In this document: one piece after another, positions 12,276 to 23,003 of the stretch
How the letters are laid out: each line of letters opens with the position of its first letter
How positions within the stretch are numbered: the stretch's first letter is position 1
NCBI RefSeq assembly: GCF_963921235.1
Contig: NC_086097.1
Location: 199,270,001-199,334,000, forward strand
DNA from: Mobula hypostoma
Taxonomy: Eukaryota
DNA length: 64,000 nt
Direction: 5' to 3'
Notes under the pieces: generated by a model
Told to the model about the DNA's origin: nothing
The model's input: the letters and a program-made list of their open reading frames with translations, nothing else
Database searches by the model: none
Made by a program: the position numbers and the translations under genes

Positions 12276-12379
12276 CTGGAAGGACTGTTTGGGGCCCTGA
12301 ATGGTGGTAAGGGAGGAAGTGTAAGGGCATGTGTAGCACTTGTTCCGCTTACAATCCCTTACTCACTCTTCCTTCAGTT

Positions 12380-12415
12380 AGTCCTGACGAAGGGTCTCGG
12401 CCTGAAACGTCGACT
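12380..12415 (+). ncRNA. Minimal type I hammerhead ribozyme motif
   Basis: agtc (stem I)-CTGACGA-agggtctcggcct (stem II)-GAAA-C-GTC^-gact (stem I'); palindromic ACGT helix III. Confidence 0.8.
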
Positions 12416-12604
12416 GCGCCTCTTCCTATAGATGCTGTCTGGCCTGCTGCGTTCACCAGCAACTTTGATGTATGTTGCTTGAATTTCCAGCATCTGCAGA
12501 ATTCCTGTTGTTTACTCTATACCAACTGGTTTCCTCTTATCTATTTTGTTGGTTGCAACCACAAAATAAACTCTTGCACATTTCTCATGTCTGTTTCGTA
12601 AATT

Positions 12605-13385
12605 CAGTGGGTTCTAATTGGGCCATCGATTAATGGAGGCAGTCGTTTATTTGGGACAACTTTTACAGAGGAAAAAAGATTGAGAAAATAGCTGGGATTC
12701 CCTTCATTTATTTGGGACACTCTGTCACTTAATTGGAGACAGGAGACTTGCTGAACAGTTTCTGACTAGCACCAGTCATATGTATCTGTGTGTCCACTAG
12801 ACACTACACAGTGCAGAGAGTGGACAGTTTTTTAAATATCATCACTTGTGTGTTTCTTTGTTCAAAGAGCAGTGATTTTTGTCACTAATCGTTGGCAAGA
12901 AATAAGCAGTAAGATAATTAGGAACTGCTTTGCTCACTGCAGTTTCAAGCATTCAGGCTTGGAGATGCTATGAACGGCTGGGAGTGAAAATGAAACAATT
13001 TCACTACTTCAACACATTTGGAACTATGAAGAATTTGAAGACATCGACAATCACCTTGAATGCTACAATGAAAATGAGAGATGCAATCATCAAAAGCATT
13101 CTGTGAAGGCAGTCCATTATTTCCACTAGAACATGGCAGCATACACTGGATGAACTTCTCCATTGATAACTATTAGGAACTACTGCACAGTTTTCCAATA
13201 TTGTAGTTGTGCTCTAATTTGTTCTATATTTCATTTATAACCATAAATGACTACTCTGCTAAATGGTAGCTTGTCTTTTTTTTACACTTTTAACTATTTC
13301 CTTGTAACTTAGCTAATTGAGACAGCCTCTTAATTGGGCCAAAATGCCCTGGTGCCAATGTATCCTAATTAACTGGAATCCACTC
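12605..13385. mobile_element. Tigger/pogo-like non-autonomous DNA transposon
   Basis: Ends cagtgggttctaattggg...cctaattaactggaatccactc+TA; internal sequence matches 35293-36504. Confidence 0.7.
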
Positions 13386-13452
13386 TATATTTTAACTCTA
13401 GCCATTTCTATCTTTGTTTCTCAAGTGTCTTATTAATATTTGCTTATTAAAT

Positions 13453-14820
13453 GGACCTAATAAAGTGGCCACTGAGTGTATATCCATGGTCATCTGCTGC
13501 TGTAGCCTAGCCACTAGAAGGTTTGATGTGGTGTGTGTTCTGAGATGCTCTTCTGCACACTGCTGTTGTAATGCCTGGTCATTTGAGTTACTGTCACCTT
13601 CCTGTCAGCTTGAACCAGTCTGGCCATTCTCCTCTGAAATGAATTGAATTGACTTTATTACTTACATCCTTCATATACATGAGGAGTAAAAATCTTTATG
13701 TTATATCTCCATTTAAATGTGCAATGTGCAATTATAGTAATTTATAATAATTATTATGTACAACAAGATAGTCAAGATAACATAGAAATACAGTTGCATC
13801 AGCATAAATTAATCAGTCTGATGGCCTGATGGAAGAAGCTGTCCCGGAGCCTGTTGGTCCTGGCTTTTATGCTGCAGTACCGTTTCCCGGATGGTAGCAG
13901 CTGGAACAGTTTGTGGTTGGGGTGACTTGAGCCCCCAGTGATCCTTCGGGCTCTTTTTACACACCTGTCTTTGTAAATGTTCTGAATAGTGGGAAGTTCA
14001 CATCTACAGATGTGCTGGGCTGTCCGCACCACTCTCTGCAGAGTCGTGCGATTGAGGGAAGTACAGTTCCCATACCAGGCAGTGATGCAGCCAGTCAGGA
14101 TGCTTTCAGTCATGCCCATATAGAGAGTTCCTAGAAACTGGGGGGCCATACCAAACTTCTTCAGCCATCTGAGGTGTAAAAGGCACTGTTTTTCCTTTTT
14201 CACCACACAGTCGGTATGTACAGACCATGTGAGATCTTCAGTGATGTTTATGCTGAGAAACTTAAAGCTGTTCATCCCCTCAACCCCAGATCCACTGATA
14301 TCAATAGGGGATAGCCTGTCCCCATCCCTCCTGTTGTCCACAACCAGCTCCTTTGTTTTTGCGACATTGAGGGAGAGGTTGTTTTCTTGACACTACTGTG
14401 TCAGGGTGATGACTTCCTCTCTGTAGGCTGTCTCATTATGATTTGAGATTAGGCCAGTCAGTTTACTGATTGCAATTAGCAGTTTGGAGCTGTGGGGCTG
14501 ACCTCTCTTGTTAACAAGGCACTTTTGTTGAATAAAACTGCTGCTCACTGGATGCTTTTTGTTTCTCACACCATTCTCTGTGAACTCTAGAGACTGTTGT
14601 GCGTGGAAGTCCCACCCCATATGGCACCAAAAATTACTCCGTGGCCAAAGTCACTTATATCGTATTTCTTCATCATTCTAATGTTTGCTCTAAACAACAT
14701 CTGAACATCTAGACCATGAATGCATTTTTTTATGCATTGAGTTGTTGTTGCATGATTGGCTGATCAGATATTTGCATTACTGAGCAGGTGTACAGGTTCA
14801 CCTAACAAAGTGGCCACTGA
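13453..14820 (-). mobile_element. Non-autonomous Tc1-derived element (same family as 5173-5722), split by a LINE
   Basis: cctaataaagtggccactgagtg at 13456 and cctaacaaagtggccactga at ~14801; the halves join as attctcctctga|cctctc. Confidence 0.8.
13638..14497 (-). mobile_element. Rex1/Babar-type LINE 3' end
   Basis: ORF 13799..14341 (SFKFLSINITEDLTWSVH..ESILTGCITAWYG..LLPSGKRY..RLRDSFFHQAIRL); (caatt)n tail. Confidence 0.9.
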
Positions 14821-15045
14821 CTAACTGTTCATTGGCTAACTGGTTAATATTTCTGCTTCTGGAGCAGGGGCATTGGTCTAAAATGCTAACTTTGAAGTTA
14901 CCTAATTTGCTGAAATTTTCTAGTATCCTGCTTTAAATTTCAGGCCGATGTGTCTGAGGATTTCAGCATTTCTATGCAGGGCAGTGATTAGAAGGTGTTT
15001 CTGAGGTACTGAACATTTTTTGCCAAATTGCAAAAGTTGACACTC

Positions 15046-16465
15046 ATAGACATAGACAGAGACATAGAAACCTACAGCACAATACAGGCCCTTCAGCCCA
15101 CAAAGCTGTGCTGAACATGTCTTTACCTTAGAAATTACCTAGGGTTACCCATAGCCATCTATTTTTCTAAGCTCCATGTACTTATCCAGGAGTCTCTGAA
15201 AAGACCCTGTTGTATCCACCTCCACCACCGTTGCCGGCAGCCCATTCCACGCACTCACCACTCTCTGCGTAAAAAACTTACCCCGACATCTCTTCCTAGC
15301 TATTTCAAAGCACCTTAAAACTGTGCCCTCTCATGTTAGCCATTTCAGCCCTGGGAAAAAGCTTCTGACTATCCACACGATCAATGCCTCTCATCATCTT
15401 ATATACCTCTATCAGGTTACCTCTCATCCTCTGTCTCTCCAAGGAGAACAGGCCAAGTTCACTCAACATATTCTCATAAGGCATGCTCCCCAATCCAGGT
15501 AACATCCTTGCAAATCTCCTCTACACATTTCTATGGTTTCCACTTCCTTCCTGTAGTGAGGTGACCAGACCTGAGCACAGTACTCCAAGTGGGGCCTGAC
15601 CAGGGTACTATATAGCTGCAACATAACCTCTCTGTTCCAAAACTCAATCCCAAGATTGATGAAGGCCAATGCACCATTTGCCTTCTTAACCACAGAGTCA
15701 ACATGCGCAGCAGCTTTGAGTGTCCTATGGACTCAGACCTCAAGATTCCTCTGATCCTCCACACTGCCAAGAGTGTTTTAATACTATATTCTGTCATCAT
15801 ATTTTGGATCCAAAAAGCAATGTCCCCTTGGATCCCATGCCTCCTTACTTTCTCAATAAGCCTTGCATGGGGTACCTTATCAGATGCCTTGCTGAAATCC
15901 ATATACACTATATCTACTGCTCTACCTTCACCAATGTGTTTAGTCACAACCTCAAAAAATTCAGTCAGGCTCGTAAGGCATGACCTGCCTTTGACAAAGC
16001 CATGCTGACTATTCCTAATTATATTATGCCTCTCCAAATGTTCATAAATCCTGCCTCTCAGGATCTTCTCCATCAGCTTACCAACTACTGAAGTAAGACT
16101 CACTGGTCTATAATTTCCTGGGCTATCTCTACTCCCTTTCTTGAATAAGAGAACAACATCGTCAACCCCAAATCTTCTGGAACCTCTCCCGTCCCCACTG
16201 ATGATGCAAAGATCATCATCAGAGACTCAGCAATCTCCTCCCTCGCCTCCAACAGTAGCCTGGGTTATGTCTCATCCGGTCCCGGTGACTTATCCAACTT
16301 AGTGCTTTCCAAAAGCTCCAGCACATCCTCTTTCTAATTATCTACATGCTCAAGCTTTTCAGTCCACTGTAAGTCATCCTTACAATCGCCAGGGTCCTTT
16401 TCTGTAGTGAATACTGAAGCAAAGTATTCATTAAGTACCTCTGCTATCTCCTCCGGTTCCACACA
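15046..16465 (-). mobile_element. CR1 LINE ORF2 with internal deletion and 3' end
   Basis: ORFs 15531..16103 (SQHGFVKGRSCLT..YMDFSKASDKVPH), 15463..15693 and 15305..15505; catagaca/catagaaa tail. Confidence 0.92.
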
Positions 16466-17433
16466 CTCTGTGAACATGATAGCTTGGCGGTGGATTGAAT
16501 GAAAATTGAGGGTGGTGAATCATACACCAATTAAGTGGTTTGCTTTTTTTCTGGATCCTGCTGAAGTTATCGTATGTGATTGACCTCAATTCATTCAGCA
16601 AAGTGCAGAATTTGTACTTGTATATTTTTTATGTGGTGAGAAAAGCTCGATGTGTCATTTTCTGTGGGACAAGGGGCAATTTACAGTGGTTGGTTAACAT
16701 GCATGTCTTTAGAATGAGTGAGGAAACTGAAGGACCTGGAGAAATGCATACAAGCTCCTCAGATGAGGACAGCATTGGTCATTCTTTTTTTCTCTTCACT
16801 GACTTGTGCATCTTATGAATAATTCACATTCTGTGTTTTCTCAGAATCCACATGCCTGTGATGATGCAGCAAGCGAGTTTTTCATTGTACCTCACTGTAC
16901 TTGTGTACAAGGTAATAAAATTGACTTGATCTTAATAGCTGTGCCACTGTGATGAATGGTTAGGAAATGGAAAATCGATTGAGTAGTGATTTACAGGTAG
17001 CTGAATTAGATTTCTTCTACTTTATCTGGACAATTTCAGTATCACAGTTCTACTGCAACAGATTGGCTGGGGGCAGATCAGAAAAATGTAATGTCCATTA
17101 ACAAATATATGCAAAATTTTCCCATTTTCACTATTGGAATTAGATTGGCTTTTATTTGACACATATAGCTAGATACAGCAAAAGCATTTGTTTGCATGTG
17201 ACCCAGACACAGACATATCAGTCCATACCTAAGTATGTTGAGGGAGTGAAAAGAAAACTAGAATGCAGAATATGGTTTATATTTTTGCAGAGAAAGTGCA
17301 GGGAGGTTAAGGGTTCATCTTTTTGCATATGTGAAGTCCTTTTATAGTATATTACTGTCTTGCAAATGAAGGAGAAATTATCAGATTCTGGCATATAGAC
17401 AGAAGGAGGGGATGGATTTTTCTTGTTAGGCTT

Positions 17434-17558
17434 CCTGATGAAGGGTCTTGGCCCGAAATGTTGCTTGTTTGCTTTCATGGATGCTGCCCAACCTGCTGAG
17501 TTCCTCCAGTGTGTTGTGCATGTTGCTTTGACCCCAACATCTGCAGAGTATTTTATGA
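17434..17558 (+). mobile_element. Penelope-like solo terminal unit with hammerhead core
   Basis: cCTGATGAagggtcttggcccGAAAtgtt...; approximate TSD ttaggctt/ttagactt. Confidence 0.8.
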
Positions 17559-18354
17559 TTAGACTTTAGGCGGTATGCCCAAATGTCCTTTAAAGTGAAG
17601 AAAATGGCCTAACAAAAATCTCTCTCTTTATACAACCCAGTTGAGTTTTCACTGAGGGTCAAACTGTCTGGTGAATGTTCAGTTCACTTTAAATCCATTG
17701 ATGCCTCACCTCATTCTATTACTGTATTAGTTTGTTCCCACGCAATGGTAGTGATCCTGCACTTAGCTCCTCTGCCGTCCTCACCTTTGTCACCTGCTAG
17801 CATCACCCACCTGTTGATATTGCAACTGAGTTTGGAAAATAAGCTGTGGCTGAGCGATCATTAATAAGATGAGAAGAACTCCTTTCTGTACTGTGAGAAG
17901 GCTAGTATGGTCATTGTGTCACCTTGTTTGTCCACACAATTTTCTTTCAGCAAGAAGCATTTTCCACTTTTTAATGTACATTTGCCTAGTTGTAGAAATT
18001 TCATGTAATTACTTCATAATTCAAGGATTACATGTCTGTCTGTCCCAGTAGCACTTAAGGACACTAAAACACGGAGGAAATTACCATATTTGGAATTGAC
18101 TCCAAAAAATGAAGCATATTTAAATTGCATATTTCATGCAAACCTGGACCACATTCAAGCTTTTAAAATCATATGTACAACAAACGCAGACCATCCTTTT
18201 ATATATTTACACTCATGACTGTTGTGAAGCCATAATTTCAGTTGTCAGCACCTATAAAGCGAAATTTACATTTGTTCTGCTGCTTTAAGGCAATTGGAGG
18301 GAATTCACTACTAACAGATAAAGAGATTGTCTTCTTGGGAGTAGAATGAAGAAA

Positions 18355-18500
18355 CAAAAAAATTGCATTTATATGGCACCTTTCATTACCTCAGGATGTC
18401 TCGAATAAATATTTTCTATTGAATAAGTCACTGTTGCTAAGCAAGAAACCACAGCCACCATCCTCACAAGGCCGCATATCACAGATAGCCCATATTAAAT
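18355..18500 (-). mobile_element. Ancient SINE fragment (Deu/SacSINE1-like 3' part)
   Basis: ttgcatttatatggcacctttca..cctcaggatgtc..agtcactgttg resembles, from memory, the reverse strand of Deu-domain SINE tails. Confidence 0.45.
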
Positions 18501-19579
18501 TGATCTTGACAATGTTTTCTGTGGTCTGTCCGAGACTTCTTTTTCCCCCACTGGTAAACAATGAATTTGAAAAGCACCAATGTAGAAATAAACATACAAT
18601 TTGTTTTATCATTTTAGGAGGAGTTTGGGCTAATCTTACCCAGTTCTGGAGATACAAAATATGAACACACGTGGGTGAAAGCTGTCAGTCAATCTTTGCA
18701 GGAGTCACCATTGGCTGCCAGTACTCATGACAGGTGAAAGCCAATAGGATGGTTGGGTCCCAGTTCCTCACATGGCTGCAGATCACAAATAGCCCAGATT
18801 GTTTTGATCTCCACATGTCTGTCATAGCCCTTCTTATCTCCCTCCTGGTAAACAATGTTGTTAGTGAGAGGGTGAAAATAGAGCAACCTCTCACAGCAGC
18901 AAACTCCTTGCCCTTCTGCAGCAGCCAAGCTGAAGCAAAATTGGCATCGGGGCAAAGCACGCTTGCTCTGCTGAGGCAAAGGGAACATTTTGCAAGAAGG
19001 CAGAGTTTATTGCTCTGTGTTTGCTGCAGTTACTGCCAAGCTCCTTTGATTTTGTAACTTTAATCACCATACAAAAGCTGTCAGGTTTTATTTGATCAAT
19101 TGTAGCAGTAACCACTTTGAAACCCTACCTCAAAACAATGGCTTCTCTCTGCTCTATTGGTACAAGTTTTGTCAGTTCTCTGGTGAATAACAAGCTGTGA
19201 GTCAGCTGAGTTTTTTCTAGTTACAACTGGTACTTAATGATCGTGGAGAACAACGATGTGCTCAGTGACCTTTTGAAGTTGTGAACTTGTGATGTTTGGT
19301 AACATAAGGCCAACACTAGAAGGGAAAATAAGTGGATGGCAAGGGTGGAGAGAATGGGGTGGGGGTTGCATTAGTAATGGAAGCCAAAGGCTGTCGATTT
19401 CTTTGTGAGGATTAGTGAAGTACTCTAGCTCCTCCTGGCCCACAAGTAGTGTTTCAGCCAAAATCAGATGGACTTTTCTGCAAACAACAGGAATTCTGCA
19501 GATGCTGGAAATTCAAGCAACACACATCAAAGTTGCTGGTGAACGCAGCAGGCCAGGCAGCATCTCTAGGAAGAGGTAC

Positions 19580-19615
19580 AGTCGACATTTCAGGCCGAGA
19601 CCCTTCGTCAGGACT
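19580..19615 (-). ncRNA. Minimal hammerhead ribozyme motif
   Basis: Reverse complement reads agtc-CTGACGA-agggtctcggcct-GAAA-T-GTC-gact. Confidence 0.7.
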
Positions 19616-19746
19616 AACTGAAGGAAGAGCTAGTAAGAGATTTGAAAGTGGGAGGGGGAGGGGGAGATCCAAAATGATAGGAGAAGACAGGAGGGCCATC
19701 CCTCCCCCTTCCACTTTCAAATCTCTTACTAGCTCTTCCTTCAGTT

Positions 19747-19782
19747 AGTCCTGACGAAGGGTCTCGGCCTGAAATGTCGACT
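19747..19782 (+). ncRNA. Minimal hammerhead ribozyme motif
   Basis: agtc-CTGACGA-agggtctcggcct-GAAA-T-GTC-gact. Confidence 0.7.
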
Positions 19783-20034
19783 GTACCTCTTCCTAGAGAT
19801 GCTGCCTGGCCTGCTGCGTTCACCAGCAACTTTGATGTGTGGATTTTTCTGCCATGTTTTGAGTTGACTGTTCTTTTGTGCCCAATGCTCTTTATAAGGT
19901 TAATATCAGGTGTCAAAATCATTTGCTTGCTGTTATTTTAACTCACAACATAAGACATTCTCAAGGGTGAATTAAAATTAATGATATTGGTCTCCTTAGT
20001 TAGTTATTTCTTTGTTTATCTATCTACTAATTGT

Positions 20035-20208
20035 TTATTATTTATTTACAGATTGATTGAGATACAGCACAGAATAAGCCCTTCCTGCCTTTGAGCCATG
20101 CTGCCCAGCAACCCCCACTTTAACCCTAGCCTAATCACAATGACCAAGTAACCTGTAAACTGATACCTCTTTGGACTGTGGGAGGAAACTGGAGCACCCG
20201 GAGGAAAT
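20035..20208 (-). mobile_element. V-SINE/HE1-like SINE 3' fragment
   Basis: tttggactgtgggaggaaactggagcacccggaggaaa is the reverse strand of a V-domain-type motif. Confidence 0.65.
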
Positions 20209-20244
20209 CAGTTAAGCATCTTTCGAACTTGGTTTACCAATCTT

Positions 20245-20572
20245 CAAAGTTCAAGGTAAATTTATTATCGAATATACAGTATGGTCACCATATACTACTT
20301 TGAGATCAATTTCCTTGCAGGTATTCATATACAACAGATCAATACAAAAGGATCGATGAAATATTACACACAAAGACTGACAAGCAACCAATGTGCAAAA
20401 GAAGACAATCAGCAAATAATGCTGAGACCATGAATTGTATGATCTTTGAAAGTAGGTTGAGGAATCAGCTCAGTGTTGAGGTGAGTGAAGTTATCCACGC
20501 TGGTTCAAAGTTTAATGGTTGAAGTGGAATAACTGTTCCTGAACCTGATGGTGTGGGACCTAAGGCCTGATA
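20245..20572 (-). mobile_element. LINE 3'UTR fragment (Rex1/Babar-like)
   Basis: ttcaaagttcaaggtaaatttattatc tail; taactgttcctgaacctgatggtgtggga motif shared with other Rex-type copies in the window. Confidence 0.55.
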
Positions 20573-21984
20573 GAAGACCAGCAGGAATGCATGTAAGTCA
20601 TATTTTTCAACCAGTACCACAAAAGCACTAGAGTAGCAGAAAGAAAATTCCTTCACACAATTGCAGGCTAGTAGGTTGAATCTAACCTTCTGCATTCTAT
20701 TCCGACTCCAGCCTTTGTGTGCTCTTGCACCTTACTAAAATCCAATAGTATTCAGAACTTCTGCAATGGATTTCAGAAGTTCTTCTACTCCTCTGTGACT
20801 AATTGATCCCTACATACACAGATTTGTAGAGAACTGAAGGGAGACTAATGATGCCATCCTACGCAGAAATATGGACAACATGGAAGTACCACCAAATTTA
20901 ATAACAAAACTTAACCTGAAAATATTTTCCTCATCCCTGTAGGCAGATTAAGATGCTGATCACTTGTTAATTGGAATGCCACATCTGCGAATCAGGGAGG
21001 AGAGGTTGTGGGAATCGAGAAGGTACTTTTGGGAAGAGAATAACATTATGAATATGAGTCTGCACTGGGGAGATGACATATTAGAATCACATCTGAGGAA
21101 AGTGAAGTTTGCATTTTGGTTATTCAGTTTTGAAGTGGTTTGTTGATCCGGGAACAAGAGGCAGATAATGGGGGATTCCACACAGTCAACTCACAAAGTT
21201 AGAAAATCACTTACCTTCCAAATCCTACATGTTTTGAAACACTTCTACCGCAGCATTTCACCAGCTCTACAAAACCAGGCTCACAGCTGTGAAATCCACA
21301 CGGCAATTAAAATCAAAGGATGCATTGTCACTTAACTATTATGATTATTTCCCATCTCTTGAAGGTAGATATCTGGAGCTAAGGCTATTAACAGCGGGTT
21401 AGAGTTTTCAATTTATATCTTACTGTTCACAATGTTGTTCTCTTTCGTTTTCCCAGCATTGCACCTGACCAGCCAGATTATCTGTGGCTCCTTTTAGTAA
21501 CATTCTATTCTACAGCAAAAACTGCAGGACCCAATTTCCCTTGAGGAACTAACTTGAGAAACCAGATCCATCAGTGTTTGGCTGCTTTGCATATTGAGAA
21601 GGATTGTATACATAAGCAAACTGAACATTTATACAGTATCTAACCCATGTATGAAAATAATTCAGAAGCATTTAATTGTTAATAAGTTATTATGACACAT
21701 CATGAGATTCCGAAGGTACTCCATAAGCTCTCTCATAGTTAAGCCTTTTTGGATACAGAAACTACACGTTGGGGTTCACTCGGTGGAAAGGATAATACCT
21801 GAATAGTAAAAGCTAAGGTTCAATTACATAATACACAATTGTACAGAGGTCAGAGGATTCGACATTGTGTATGAGTGGGTTGACGTTGGAGAGTAATATG
21901 ATGTTGTCTTCTTCTGTTGATAATGTAGTTAATTTCATGGAGTAAGAACTGCAGAAATCAATTGTATCCATGCATTCTTCTACT

Positions 21985-22736
21985 GCAGTGTCCCCTGCCC
22001 CAGTCCCTCAGCCACACATTCATGTGCCAAATCGTCTTATTCTTAACCCTCACTGGAGTGTGGTACAGGTAGCAATCCAGAGATTACTATTCTGAGGGTC
22101 CTGCTTTTTAGCTTTTTACCAAGCTCCCTAAAATCTCTCTTCAGGGCCTCCTTGCCTTTCCTACCTATGTCATTGTTGCCAATACATGCCAAGACTTCTG
22201 GCTGCTTACTCTCCCCCTTCAGGATGCCATGGACCCAATCCAAGACATTCCTGACACTGGCACCTGGGAGGCAACATGCCATCCGGGTGTCTCTATAGTG
22301 TCCACAGAATCTCATCTCCATTCCTCCAGTTATGAAATCTAATATCACTATTGCAGTCCTCTTCACCTCTGTTCTCTTCTGAGCCACAGCACCAGACTCA
22401 GTGTCAGAGATCTGGTTACTGCCCGCCCCTCCCAGTAGGTCATTACCCTCAACAGTATCCAAAATGATACACTTATTATTGAGGGGAATAGCCACAGGGG
22501 TACTTTGCTCCATTCCTCCTCCTGACAGTCACCCAGTTTCTTGCCTCCTTCAACCTAGAGGTGACTACTTCCCTGTAGCTCTTATCTATCACTTCCTCAG
22601 TCTCCCATATGAACTGAAGGTCATCGAGCTGCAACTTCAGTTCCTTAACACATTCTCTGAGGAGCTGCAGCTCGGTGCAGCTGGTGCAGATGTGGTTATC
22701 TTGGAGACTGAGACTGAAAAACTTGCCCGGAGCCAT
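21985..22736 (-). mobile_element. CR1 LINE ORF1 (zinc finger/coiled coil + SGNH esterase), decayed
   Basis: ORF 22476..22736 (HICTSCTELQLLRECVKELKLQLDDL) and ORF 22043..22513 (CCLPGASV..IGNNDIG..IVISGLLPVP). Confidence 0.9.
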
Positions 22737-22919
22737 TCTGACTACATAAACTGTGACCTGTCAGGCAAAGGATGAAGAATTAAGAAGAAGAAGCTGAAAC
22801 TTAACAGATCCTTATGTCGCCCAAGCCAGATCTTGCCGAAACCTGATGATCCAAAGTCAGTCCAATATTGGTCCACTCATACAGTGGTCTACTATCACAT
22901 TAGTAAAGTTCTGACAGTA

Positions 22920-23003
22920 ACACACACAAAATGCAGGAGGAACTCAGCAGGCCAGGCAGCATCTGTACAAAAAAGTACGGTCGATATTTTAGGCCGAAAC
23001 CCT
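22920..23003 (-). mobile_element. Penelope-like terminal fragment lacking the tail
   Basis: acacacacaaaatgcaggaggaactcagcaggccaggcagcatct...gtcgatattttaggccgaaaccct. Confidence 0.75.

Larger units (their letters stand above)
11564..12512 (-). mobile_element. Penelope-like element, 5'-truncated, with inverted terminal repeats
   Basis: GIY-YIG ORF on minus strand; 11564-~11682 is the reverse complement of ~12353-12470; 12-bp TSD tactctatacca at 11552-11563 and 12513-12524. Confidence 0.92.
19482..19840. mobile_element. Palindromic Penelope mini-element (two inverted terminal repeats, no ORF)
   Basis: ~135-bp near-perfect inverted arms; TSD tggacttttctgc (19469-19481) / tggatttttctgc (19840-19852). 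Confidence 0.92.

Noticed and set aside
22043..22513. Host SGNH/GDSL esterase gene
   Set aside because: It is the esterase domain of CR1 ORF1; homologous decayed copies lie at ~27950-28300 and 33278-33679.
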